The position numbers were made by a program, and so were the translations under genes. From contig JBBCJC010000001.1 in the NCBI GenBank assembly GCA_037189525.1, forward strand, positions 416,001 through 480,000: a DNA stretch of 64,000 nt, in the 5' to 3' direction. The notes under the pieces were generated by a model. It was given only the letters and a program-made list of their open reading frames with translations. It made no database searches and was not told the DNA's origin. Each line of letters opens with the position of its first letter. The first letter of the stretch is position 1. The DNA comes from Gemmatimonadales bacterium. GTDB taxonomy: Bacteria > Gemmatimonadota > Gemmatimonadetes > Gemmatimonadales > GWC2-71-9. Positions 36,213 to 45,433 of this stretch are shown piece after piece.

Positions 36213-37988
36213 TCAGTAGTCGACCGGTCGCAGATAAAATTCGCCGATGGCCGTCGGGCTCAGCATCGCGACCGTGGGCAGCTTGCGCTTCCAATGGGTC
36301 GAGTCCAGCCGCCGCCGCACCAGAGCAATCTCGGCGGCCGAAAAGCCGAGGGATTCGATGGCCTCGGGCGGGTACCCGGACAGCGTCCAGTGCAGGATCA
36401 GATCGGCCTTGGCGTAGCTGATCCCGAAGTCGCCCTCATCGGTTTGGCCCGCGACCAGATCGGCCGTCGGCGGCTTGTCGACGATTTCGAGCGGAACGCC
36501 GAGATGCCGAGCCAGCGCCCAGACCTGGGTCTTGAAGAGATCCCCGATCGGATTGACCGGCGGCGAGTCGTCGGCATGCCAGGTGAAGTAGCCGAAGAGA
36601 CGCTCGGTTTTGTTGCCGGTGCCGAGCGGAATCCCGCCGAGCGACGCGGCCAGATCGAACAGCGTGATCATCCGCATCCGGGCCATCACGTTGCCGAGCC
36701 GGCCGGGCGTGGGCGGATCGAGCTCTCCGACCAGACCGTCCACACCCTGGCTGATGTCCACGGTGCGCGATGCCAGGCCCAGAGCATCGATCACCAGCTG
36801 CGCATCGCTCAGGCTGGTCCGGCTCGAGGTCCGGTACGGCATCCGAACCGCCGTCACGTTGGCCGGCCCGAAGGCGCGGGCAGCCAGATACGCCACCACG
36901 GCGCTGTCGACCCCGCCGGAAAGACCCAGCACCACCCGTTCGAAACCGCGACGGCGAGTGACCTCATCTTTGAGGAACTCCACCAGCCAGCGCTCGGTCA
37001 GCTCCGGGTCGATCTCGAGCGGGTCCTGCCCGGCCGGTGGAGGAACAGCACCTGCGCGCCTGGCGAAAACCGTTCGATCCTCGGTGGCCGAGTCGCCGCT
37101 CGCAATGACCTGCCGCCGGGCCGCGAGCGCATCGAGCAAATGGGGCAGATGCGTTTCCAGATCCGACAGCATCGGCTCTTCGGCCCGGACACGCGGCACC
37201 TCGTCGAGGTCTACCGTGACGACGGTCAGGCCGTCCTCGAAGATCGGAGCGCGCGCCACGACGCCGCCGCGCGGGTCCACCACAAGTGAACCTCCGGGAA
37301 ACGCCTTGCCGCCCTCGAAGCCTACCAGGTGCGCAACGACGACGAACAGCCCGTGCTCCGCAGCAATCGACTGCGCTACCCGTTCCCATCGCACCGTGCT
37401 GGCCGGACGCCCGTCTCCGTTTTCGCCGGGCTGCACGCCCCGCGCCGGGCTGGCCGAGAGCACCACCACGAGCTGGGCGCCGTCCAGGGCAGCCATGGTC
37501 GGCACGATCGAATGCCAGGCGTCCTCGCACACGACCACCGCTACCCGGCCCCAGGACAGGTCGAATGCCTGCACCGATCGCCCCGGCTCGACGAAACGCT
37601 CTTCGTCGAACACCCCGTACGTCGGCAGGAAAATCTTGCGATGGACATGACGGACCCCGGCATCGCTTCCGCCCAGACGGGCAGCCAGCGCGGAGTTGTA
37701 GAGGCGGGTGTTCCAGAGCTCGTAGAATCCGACGATGACATCGAGCGGCGGCGCACCGCTTGCCGCGTGCGCTTCGGCCAGGTCGGCATAGAGCTGCTCG
37801 GCCGTCACCGCGAGTTCCCGAACGCCCCCTTCGACGAAGTACCCCGTCAACGCCGTTTCGGGCAGAATGAGGAGATCGACAGGTTCGGGATCCCGAGCCA
37901 GGTCTCGAAAGAGCTGACCCGTCTGCTCGAGGTTGGCCCGATAGGCAGCTTTGCGGGGTCGGAACTGGGCGATGGCGAGCCGAAGCAT
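36213..37988 (-). CDS. nadE: glutamine-dependent NAD+ synthetase
   Basis: Nitrilase domain (LPE, HRK.FLPTYGVFDE, VCEDAW) plus synthetase domain (GLSGGVDS, NVMARMRM, GNKTE). Confidence 0.95.
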   Translation of the reverse strand: MLRLAIAQFRPRKAAYRANLEQTGQLFRDLARDPEPVDLLILPETALTGYFVEGGVRELAVTAEQLYADLAEAHAASGAPPLDVIVGFYELWNTRLYNSALAARLGGSDAGVRHVHRKIFLPTYGVFDEERFVEPGRSVQAFDLSWGRVAVVVCEDAWHSIVPTMAALDGAQLVVVLSASPARGVQPGENGDGRPASTVRWERVAQSIAAEHGLFVVVAHLVGFEGGKAFPGGSLVVDPRGGVVARAPIFEDGLTVVTVDLDEVPRVRAEEPMLSDLETHLPHLLDALAARRQVIASGDSATEDRTVFARRAGAVPPPAGQDPLEIDPELTERWLVEFLKDEVTRRRGFERVVLGLSGGVDSAVVAYLAARAFGPANVTAVRMPYRTSSRTSLSDAQLVIDALGLASRTVDISQGVDGLVGELDPPTPGRLGNVMARMRMITLFDLAASLGGIPLGTGNKTERLFGYFTWHADDSPPVNPIGDLFKTQVWALARHLGVPLEIVDKPPTADLVAGQTDEGDFGISYAKADLILHWTLSGYPPEAIESLGFSAAEIALVRRRLDSTHWKRKLPTVAMLSPTAIGEFYLRPVDY

Positions 37989-38031
37989 GCTGAAAGGTAG
38001 CCGGGACCGGGGATCGAAGTACCTTTCAGGG

Positions 38032-38496
38032 ATGCCAACACCAATCGAGGCGCTGGACGGCGTGCCCAACGCCGCGCAAGCGCTCCCGAAACTGACGACC
38101 TCGGGCCAGCCGAGCGCCGCACATTTCGAAGCGCTGCGTTCGGCCGGCGGGGCGGTCGTCCTCGATCTTCGCGATCCGTCGGAGCCCAGGCCATTCGATG
38201 AACCCGCGCTGGTGGCCGGGCTGGGTATGGCGTACCACAACGTCCCGGTAACTCCGGAGACGATGACCGACGACACCATGGATCGGATCCTCGGCGTGCT
38301 GCGAGCCAATGCGCATCGTGACGTGCTGCTCCATTGCGCCAGCGCCAATCGCGTCGGAGGACCGATGATTGCCTTCCTGATGCTCGATCATGGCCTATCG
38401 GGAGACCAGGCGACCGACCAGGCCATTCGCCTTGGCCTGCGAAGCCGGGAAGTGATGGAGTGGGGCCTCGAGTACGCGGCAAAGCAGTCGACCTAG
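38032..38496 (+). CDS. DUF442/PTP-like phosphatase or sulfur-transferase
   Basis: TSGQP, VLDLR, HCASANR. Confidence 0.82.
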   Translation: MPTPIEALDGVPNAAQALPKLTTSGQPSAAHFEALRSAGGAVVLDLRDPSEPRPFDEPALVAGLGMAYHNVPVTPETMTDDTMDRILGVLRANAHRDVLLHCASANRVGGPMIAFLMLDHGLSGDQATDQAIRLGLRSREVMEWGLEYAAKQST

Positions 38497-38509
38497 CCTC
38501 AGGAGAAAC

Positions 38510-38553
38510 AACAAAACCGCCGGAGACGTTGACCTGTCTCCGGCGGTTTTGTT
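38510..38553. terminator. bidirectional intrinsic terminator
   Basis: 18-bp stem AACAAAACCGCCGGAGAC / GTCTCCGGCGGTTTTGTT with A/T flanks between convergent genes. Confidence 0.88.
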
Positions 38554-38577
38554 TTCCCTAAGCATTCCCGCGGGTGC

Positions 38578-39993
38578 TCAGCCTCCGCGCGGCCGCCGAG
38601 GCGAGGAGCCGCTCGACCCGCGCTCGCTGCCACCGCTCCGGGCGGGTGCTGCGCTGGGCGGCGGACTCGACCGTTGCGGCGCCGGCTGCGCCCGGGGCGC
38701 CTGTTCACGGCGCGGGGCTTCGACCCGCGGAGCCGGGGCCGAGGACCTCGGCCGGCTCTCGGCGCGGGGCCGATCAGGCGCGCGTTCGGTGCGGCGAGGA
38801 GCCTCGGCTCGGGGCTCCGAGCGCTCGACCCGGGCGTTGTCGTTACGGGGAGCTACTCGCCGGGCCCGGCCTTCCGACACGACCGGCCGCGAAACGTTAT
38901 TGGTTTCCGTGCGATCGGACACGTCGATCGATGGCCGCCCGCCAGCCCGCTCACGCTCGATGGTGGGCACTGTCTCGGTCGCCAGCGGACGCCGGTTCCG
39001 CGGACGAGAGGCATCCGGCTGCCGCGGCCGCCCGGTCGAAGGACTCGTGGCCGGCCGGTCGCTCGACGGGCGCGATTCGGGACGCGGACGCGACACGTCA
39101 CGCGGGCGAGACGGCATCGGACGCGGATTGCCGACCGAGCTGCCCGGGCGACTACCCACTCGCGTGGAGGGCTCGTTGCCCCGTCGCACGATGGTGTAGC
39201 TCCGCGGCCGACCCGCAACCACCGGATAGTTCCGCCGCACGGCGCCGCCGCCATAATACCCCGGGTAGTAGTAGCCACGGCCGTAGCGATAGGGATATCC
39301 GTAGTAGCCGTAATAATTGTACGGCGAGTATCCGACACCGACATACCACCCGCCGCCATACGGCCGGCAGCCGAACAGGCTGGGCCGGGAATACGGATAG
39401 CAGTAGCTGTCCCAGTACGGGTCCCACATGTTAGCGACGACGTAACGGCCGGACGCACCGTAGACCTGGTACTCGACCACGTCGTAGTCGAAGCCGCGGT
39501 TGCTGGCCATCGACTCGAGGAGATCGGTCACATCGGCTTCCGGGTCGCTCGACCGGTCGGAAATGCTGACGCGGGCGTAATCCCAGTTGCCGGCCTGTTC
39601 CAGCCCGTTGAAGCGGAAGGGATCGGCCGAAACGGCGGCGTAGACGAGACCAGTCCCGTCTCGGCCAACCAGGAAGGACTCCCGGTCACCCCGGCCGCGG
39701 ATCTCATAACGCCGCCCGCCCCGAACGAAATTGTCCTCGCTCGGATCGACCGGAAACAACACCCGCAGCCGGCCTTCGGTGTCGTAGTTGAAGACAATCA
39801 GATACCCGTCGTCCCGGGTCTCGACCTGCGCGCGGGCCCGGTCACCTTCCCGATACTGGCGACCATTGTCGAGCCAGAGACGGATGGGACCTTCGCTCTG
39901 CGCCGCGTCGGCGGTCCGTTCGACTTGAACGAGTTCGAGCCGAGGACTGGCAGTCGGGGACAACGCAAGCGCCAACAACGTCAATGAGATCAT
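38578..39993 (-). CDS. secreted DUF4384 domain protein with Tyr/Gly-rich linker and Arg/Pro/Ser-rich disordered tail
   Basis: Signal peptide; YREGD, DGYL, DTEGRLRVLFP; GGGAGG RBS. Confidence 0.8.
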   Translation of the reverse strand: MISLTLLALALSPTASPRLELVQVERTADAAQSEGPIRLWLDNGRQYREGDRARAQVETRDDGYLIVFNYDTEGRLRVLFPVDPSEDNFVRGGRRYEIRGRGDRESFLVGRDGTGLVYAAVSADPFRFNGLEQAGNWDYARVSISDRSSDPEADVTDLLESMASNRGFDYDVVEYQVYGASGRYVVANMWDPYWDSYCYPYSRPSLFGCRPYGGGWYVGVGYSPYNYYGYYGYPYRYGRGYYYPGYYGGGAVRRNYPVVAGRPRSYTIVRRGNEPSTRVGSRPGSSVGNPRPMPSRPRDVSRPRPESRPSSDRPATSPSTGRPRQPDASRPRNRRPLATETVPTIERERAGGRPSIDVSDRTETNNVSRPVVSEGRARRVAPRNDNARVERSEPRAEAPRRTERAPDRPRAESRPRSSAPAPRVEAPRREQAPRAQPAPQRSSPPPSAAPARSGGSERGSSGSSPRRPRGG

Positions 39994-40161
39994 GGGACCC
40001 TCCCGGAGACACCAACTTCATGTTCCAGTTTCGTGCCACACAGTCACATAATGCAAACCAGCTAACGACAACGAGTTACGATAACCTGCCAAAGCTGCAT
40101 CGTGTCCTCGCCAGGTGACACCTGCCCCGATCGAGCGACACAACCCTGAGACAGTACCGGG

Positions 40162-40554
40162 TCAGGCATTGCGCTGCCAGTACATTCGCATCTCGGAGAT
40201 CTTGTCGCCGGCCGTTTCACAGAAAATGGCGCCTCGGGCTTCGATCCACTCCCCCGTCCGGCGGCGCCGGAACACCACTTTGAACTCGGTCGAGAACCAG
40301 GGCCCGGCGACATAGACCTCACCGGACGAGGCCGTGATTTCGGACTGATTGTAGGGCACATCCGCCCAGTAGCGGCGGATCTGGTCGGTGGTGGTGAGCG
40401 GCTCCGAAAACGGGGTTTCCAGAAAAACGGCGGTCTCGGCGTAGACCGACATGATCAGGCTGACGTCGGCCTTGGACCACCCCTTGATAAAGGTGTCGAT
40501 CAGCTGACGGCCCAACTGGCGCGTATCCGTAGTACCTTGAGATGGCGAAGTCAT
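40162..40554 (-). CDS. SnoaL-like NTF2 family protein
   Basis: YAETAVF...PF..P, IRRYW, I.EMR.YW. Confidence 0.82.
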   Translation of the reverse strand: MTSPSQGTTDTRQLGRQLIDTFIKGWSKADVSLIMSVYAETAVFLETPFSEPLTTTDQIRRYWADVPYNQSEITASSGEVYVAGPWFSTEFKVVFRRRRTGEWIEARGAIFCETAGDKISEMRMYWQRNA

Positions 40555-40616
40555 TCCGGAAAAGTAGCGTCTTTATCCCATGTCGCGCCCTCGAGCGCCC
40601 TCAACCCCGAGTCTCC

Positions 40617-41153
40617 ATGCCGGACAAAGCGGCAGTCCTCGACCTCCTCGCCCGTTCCGGATCGGCGTTCCCGGATGCGTTCCGGAGCATCGGCCCGAAA
40701 CAGTTCTTCGCCAAACCGGCGGCCGATCAGTGGTCGATCGCGGAAACCGTGGAGCACGTCACCATCGTGGAGGTCGGCTCCGGCAAGCTGATCCGCACCA
40801 AGCTGACGGAAACCGAGCCGGACGCGGGACTGCTGGCAGAAGCCAAGGACGGGTCGGCCCGAATCGAGGCGCGGCTGGGCGTGGAGGGCAGGCCCTTTCA
40901 GGCGCCCGAGCGGGTCCTGCCGAAAGGCCGCTGGTCGTCGGCCGAGGAAATGCTTGCGGTGTTCGAAGAAAACCGGGCGGCCACGATCGAATTCATCGAA
41001 AGCACGCCGTTGGATCTGACCCGATACGTCGCTCCGCATCCGCGCTTCGGCCCGATCCATGGCCTCGACTGGGCCTATTTCCTGGCGCTGCACACCGACC
41101 GCCATCTCCGGCAGATCGAGCGCATCAAGCAGAGCCCGGCTTACCCGGCCTGA
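40617..41153 (+). CDS. DinB family protein
   Basis: WSIAETVEH, HPRFG, HTDRH..QI. Confidence 0.88.
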   Translation: MPDKAAVLDLLARSGSAFPDAFRSIGPKQFFAKPAADQWSIAETVEHVTIVEVGSGKLIRTKLTETEPDAGLLAEAKDGSARIEARLGVEGRPFQAPERVLPKGRWSSAEEMLAVFEENRAATIEFIESTPLDLTRYVAPHPRFGPIHGLDWAYFLALHTDRHLRQIERIKQSPAYPA

Positions 41154-41158
41154 CAGCG

Positions 41159-42619
41159 TCAGCGTTCCGGACTAACGAAGGTCTCGAAAAACCCGAGTCC
41201 CGAGTCTGCCACCGGGCGACCCAGCAGATTTCCGCGCAGCGTGAACTCGCCGCGCATCTGGAGAAAAGTCCGTCCGCCGGCTTGCGCAGCCGGCGTGGCC
41301 TGCGCGTGGCGGACCGAAACGGCAACCTCCACCGTGTCGTTCAGGCGGGCCGCCCGAAAGGTGAACCGCTCCGGCGCCGTGACACCTGTCGCGCCGGCAA
41401 TCGGACGGGTTCCGTGATAGTCGATCGCGGCAAAGCGCAGCACCTGACGGACACCGAGCGAGTCGACCACCGCCAGGAAGTAAGGCGCCGCCGACGGTGC
41501 GGCGAGCGAATCTCCTGTCAGTACGCCGCCGTAAACGAAGGTCATGTCCTGGCCGCGCGCCTGACCCCAGTTCCAGGTCGTTTCACGCCAGACGCCCCAG
41601 TTGTGATCGTGATAGGCCGCGGCACGCTCGACGGCGCGACAGACGCCGTGTTCACAGATGGTACCCGAGGCCACCCCGCGGAGCACCGGCACCACGTAGC
41701 CGGACCGGAAGCGGTCGCCGCGCAGCTCGAGGGGCGGGAAGTAGGCATGCCGCTCCGGCACAATTTCCAGATCGAAGCGCACTGCGCCGGCGGATCCTTG
41801 GATGCGGTACGTCCCGTTCCGCTGGGTCACGGTATGCGATCCGATGGCCAGATCGGCGCGAGTCGTGTCGTATCGGATCAGTTCCTGCGCAGCAAAGCTT
41901 TCGAATCGCGCGGGCGGTCTTCCCTCCCGATGACGGGTAACCAGCAACTGGCCTCCGCCCTTTCCCTGGTAGAGCGGCCCGCCGATCAGATAGGTGATGT
42001 ACCACCACTCATCGGGACCGGGCGCCACGTTGAAATAGTGCCACTCTGCCCAGGTCGAGTCCGCCATCGGCGTGTGGAAGCGATCGATCTCATCGAGCAG
42101 CTCGGCCGGGGTCGGCCGTTTGAAACGCCGATCCGCATCGGAATCTTCCCAGCGACCGGCCAGCAATTGCAACCCCGACCCGACGGCAGCCGCCGCACTT
42201 GGAATTTCGCCGCCGGCGCGCAGGGGGTGCAGCTTCCCGTCGCGAACCAGATAGATCAGCTTCTGTTCGATCAGCGGCGAGGTGGCTGACACCACATCAT
42301 CGAGGCGCGGGCCTCCCGCCAACTGCCGATCGAGAAACCGGGCGCGATCGATTCCGAAGAACATGCCGCTCATCGAACCGGTCCGGAGTCCTTCGAGGTC
42401 GATCCCTTCCGGCAGGAGGGTGACTTCACCGCCACCGACCAGGCGGACGTCGCGCGACTGAATCAGCATCGCTTCGCCGACCGACAACAGCACCATCATG
42501 ACCGCCGCGCCGACCGCATACCCGAACAGCAGCAACGTCGCTCGGCCTCGTTTGATGACGAGATGACGAAAGGCGAGCACCAGAACGGTGCGGAGGTCAG
42601 CCCTGGTCGGTTGGCTCAT
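41159..42619 (-). CDS. fusion of ABC-permease N-terminus and AttH/CrtC-like lipocalin-fold domain
   Basis: AFRHL..KRGRATLLLFG.AVG (FtsX/MacB-like first TM), WAEWHYFN, AYHDHNWG.W, WNWGQ. Confidence 0.65.
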   Translation of the reverse strand: MSQPTRADLRTVLVLAFRHLVIKRGRATLLLFGYAVGAAVMMVLLSVGEAMLIQSRDVRLVGGGEVTLLPEGIDLEGLRTGSMSGMFFGIDRARFLDRQLAGGPRLDDVVSATSPLIEQKLIYLVRDGKLHPLRAGGEIPSAAAAVGSGLQLLAGRWEDSDADRRFKRPTPAELLDEIDRFHTPMADSTWAEWHYFNVAPGPDEWWYITYLIGGPLYQGKGGGQLLVTRHREGRPPARFESFAAQELIRYDTTRADLAIGSHTVTQRNGTYRIQGSAGAVRFDLEIVPERHAYFPPLELRGDRFRSGYVVPVLRGVASGTICEHGVCRAVERAAAYHDHNWGVWRETTWNWGQARGQDMTFVYGGVLTGDSLAAPSAAPYFLAVVDSLGVRQVLRFAAIDYHGTRPIAGATGVTAPERFTFRAARLNDTVEVAVSVRHAQATPAAQAGGRTFLQMRGEFTLRGNLLGRPVADSGLGFFETFVSPER

Positions 42620-43295
42620 CGGCCACTACCCGTCCATCCCGCAGGCGGACTCGGCGGCGTGCGCGTCCCGAGAGACGTTCGTCGTGGGTGACCACAACGA
42701 GAGTTCGTCCATCGGCGTGAAGGCGGTCGAACAGATCGAGCACCTGGTTACCGGTCTCGACATCGAGTTCACCGGTCGGCTCGTCGGCGAGGACGAGCAC
42801 CGGATCGTTTGCCAGGGCGCGCGCCACCGCAACCCGCTGCATTTCGCCGCCCGACAGCTGCGTGGCGCGATGGTCGGCCCGCGCTCCCAGACCCACGTAT
42901 TCGAGGAGGTCCCGCGCCCGCTTGGTACGCGCACTGCGCTCGAGTCCCGCTTCGGCCATCGGGAGCTCGACGTTTTCCTGCGCCGTCAGCACGGGCAGCA
43001 GATGAAAGCGCTGGAAGATGAAGCCGATCCGCCGCAAGCGAAGTTCCGTCAGGGCGGCATCCGACATCCGCTCGAGCGGCTGTCCCAGCAGTTCGAGCGC
43101 ACCCGAAGTTGGCGTGTCGAGCCCGCCGAGCAATTGCAGCAGGGTCGACTTGCCGCTTCCTGACGGCCCGGTAAACGCAACGTACTCGCCCTGCTCGATC
43201 CGGATCGAGACGCCGCGAAGCGCAGCAACCGGCTGCTGGTTGACCAGGAAGGTACGGGTCAGATCACGACCGACGGCAACAGGCAGCCCGGTCAT
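42597..43295 (-). CDS. ABC ATP-binding protein (LolD/MacB type)
   Basis: [31 protein letters not shown]. Confidence 0.94.
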   Translation of the reverse strand: MTGLPVAVGRDLTRTFLVNQQPVAALRGVSIRIEQGEYVAFTGPSGSGKSTLLQLLGGLDTPTSGALELLGQPLERMSDAALTELRLRRIGFIFQRFHLLPVLTAQENVELPMAEAGLERSARTKRARDLLEYVGLGARADHRATQLSGGEMQRVAVARALANDPVLVLADEPTGELDVETGNQVLDLFDRLHADGRTLVVVTHDERLSGRARRRVRLRDGRVVADEPTDQG

Positions 43296-44482
43296 TCGGC
43301 CTCCGCACGGAGGGTGAGCGCAATGGGAGCCCGGGCGGCGAGCCAGGCAGGGTATGCGGCAGCAAGGGTGCCCGCCGCGAGCACCGCGGCGCCGGCGCGG
43401 ATCACGCTGTCCCGATCGGCCACGAAAAAGGATATCGCCGCCGGGAGGCCCGGAAACGCCGTCAGGATATCGTCGAGGTAACGGGCTGCGACCAGGCCGA
43501 GCCCGAGCCCCACGACCACCCCGAGCGCCGTGAGCGCTGCGCCTTCCAGCACGACCATGCGAACGATCCGGCTGCGGCGAATACCGATGCCCCGCAGCAC
43601 GGCAAACTCGCCCAGCCGTTCGCCAACCGTGATCGACAGAATCGTCCCCACCAGCAGTACGGCCACGACCAGGCTGATGGTGGCCAGGATCAACGAAAGC
43701 TGCTGGAAGTAGGCAAGCCGTCCGCGAAACTGAGCCACCAGCATGGCAATGCTGTTGACCTCGACCGTGGGATGGGCAGCGGCAATCCGGGCGGCCACGG
43801 CATCGACCAGCGCGTCGTCGCGCACTTTGACCATCACCATCGAGGCCGGATCACGCGCAGCAAGAGAGCCGAATTGCTGCACCACGCTGAATGCGGCCGC
43901 TACGGAGCGCTGGTCGCGGGCATCGTAGAGGAAGCGGACCACGCCGCGAACCGTGAGCCGCCGCTCGGCACCCGGCTCCGCCGATTGCGGATCCAGGCGG
44001 CCGAACACGGTCACGGTGTCGCCGATGGCCCAACCGGCGGCTCTCGCGGCGGGTTCGCTGATCAGCAACCCCGTCGTATCACCGGGAGCCAGATCGGCGC
44101 CACGCTCGAGCTCATAGAGACCTTGCCCGGCGGGATCGATGCCGTAGGCAACGACGGTCAGGGTCGACCCAGCAGTACGGACATGTATCGGAGTGGCGAC
44201 CACGGGACCGACCGATGCGATGTCTGGGTCGGTGCGCAGAGTCGCCACCAGCGGGGTCGCCCCCGGAATGACCGCTTCGGAATCGAACGGAAGCGTCCCC
44301 TGCGGCGAAAGCCTGATCTGATAGCCTCGACTCAGCAGCATACGACTGAACGAGCGTTCCATCCCGCCTGACAGCATCACCATATCGAGCAAGAGCGCCG
44401 CCGCGATGGCAATCCCGAGCACGGCGAGTCCCGTCCGGATCGGGTGTCGGGCCAGGTTGCGGAATACCAGTGCGCCGGTCAC
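43292..44482 (-). CDS. FtsX/MacB-like ABC permease
   Basis: RNLARHPIRTGL, ERLGEFAVLRGIG; GTG start overlapping the upstream stop. Confidence 0.9.
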   Translation of the reverse strand: MTGALVFRNLARHPIRTGLAVLGIAIAAALLLDMVMLSGGMERSFSRMLLSRGYQIRLSPQGTLPFDSEAVIPGATPLVATLRTDPDIASVGPVVATPIHVRTAGSTLTVVAYGIDPAGQGLYELERGADLAPGDTTGLLISEPAARAAGWAIGDTVTVFGRLDPQSAEPGAERRLTVRGVVRFLYDARDQRSVAAAFSVVQQFGSLAARDPASMVMVKVRDDALVDAVAARIAAAHPTVEVNSIAMLVAQFRGRLAYFQQLSLILATISLVVAVLLVGTILSITVGERLGEFAVLRGIGIRRSRIVRMVVLEGAALTALGVVVGLGLGLVAARYLDDILTAFPGLPAAISFFVADRDSVIRAGAAVLAAGTLAAAYPAWLAARAPIALTLRAEAE

Positions 44483-45291
44483 GCGGCCCTTCGCCAGAGC
44501 GCAAGCGGGTTGGCAGCGACCAGCCGGCGCGCCGCGAGCAGGCCGGCGCCGATGCCCAGCAACAGGGAAAGGCCGACGCCTAACGCCATGATATCGGGAG
44601 TCAGATACGAGAACACCAGGGTGGTGTCGAAGCGGCGCTGGTAGCCCCAGTTGGTCAGCACGCCCGCCAGTGCCGCCAAGCCGACACCCAGCACCGAACC
44701 GACGGCGGCAATCAGGGTCGCTTCGAGCACGAAGGCACGGACGACCGTGGCGCGACTGATCCCGATCAGCCGCATCACGGCGGCATCCAGGCGGCGTTCT
44801 TCCACCTTGAGCAGCATGATGCACAGCAGAAAGACCGCGCTCGCGACAATGGCAATGACCCCGATGGCCCGGTGGAACCGGCTCACCACTGCAAAGGTTC
44901 GCGACGACTCGGCGGCAATCACGTCCGAAGCGAAGGCGCGGTATCCGAAGGCGCGCTGATCGAGGCGGGCCGCCACGCTGTCCGCCGCAATACCGGCCAC
45001 CGCGGCGACGCCCATGCGATCGATCCGGTCGGGATGGCCGAGCAAGTCCGCCAGGTCGGGAAGATGGAAACGAATGTGGTACTCGTTGCGCAGCGCGGTG
45101 GCGGGATCGGGTCGCGGCTCGTAGACCGCCTCGACTACGAAGCGCCGGACTGCGCCGCCCGGTTCCGGAGTGACGGCGATCGTGTCACCGACGGCAACCG
45201 AAAAATGCGCAGCGAGTCGCCGTTCGATCGCTACGCCAGGTACGGGCGGCAGTGTATCGGCGCTGAGCAGAGCGAGCAGGACCAGGAGCAT
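44479..45291 (-). CDS. FtsX-like ABC permease, short
   Basis: EERRLDAAVMRLIG, three C-terminal TMs. Confidence 0.85.
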   Translation of the reverse strand: MLLVLLALLSADTLPPVPGVAIERRLAAHFSVAVGDTIAVTPEPGGAVRRFVVEAVYEPRPDPATALRNEYHIRFHLPDLADLLGHPDRIDRMGVAAVAGIAADSVAARLDQRAFGYRAFASDVIAAESSRTFAVVSRFHRAIGVIAIVASAVFLLCIMLLKVEERRLDAAVMRLIGISRATVVRAFVLEATLIAAVGSVLGVGLAALAGVLTNWGYQRRFDTTLVFSYLTPDIMALGVGLSLLLGIGAGLLAARRLVAANPLALWRRAA

Positions 45292-45334
45292 CTCCGGAAG
45301 CTAACAAGCTGGGGACGGGCTTCTGATCGGGCTG

Positions 45335-45363
45335 TTGACCGGTAGAAATACGGGATGTACATT
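45335..45363 (+). promoter_or_regulatory. sigma70 promoter
   Basis: TTGACC-17 nt-TACATT. Confidence 0.65.
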
Positions 45364-45379
45364 GTCGGTGAACGTTGTT

Positions 45380-45398
45380 TGAAATGAATCTCATTCTC
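45380..45398. promoter_or_regulatory. Fur-family box-like operator
   Basis: Minus strand GAGAATGAGATTCATTTCA, 13/19 to GATAATGATAATCATTATC, core AATGA-N3-TCATT. Confidence 0.55.
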
Positions 45399-45433
45399 AT
45401 CAATAACAATATCTGTCAACATCGGCGACCTCC

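Noticed and set aside
38578..39200. Arg/Pro-rich low-complexity stretch as a DNA repeat element
   Set aside because: Explained by the disordered protein tail; no regular nucleotide period seen.
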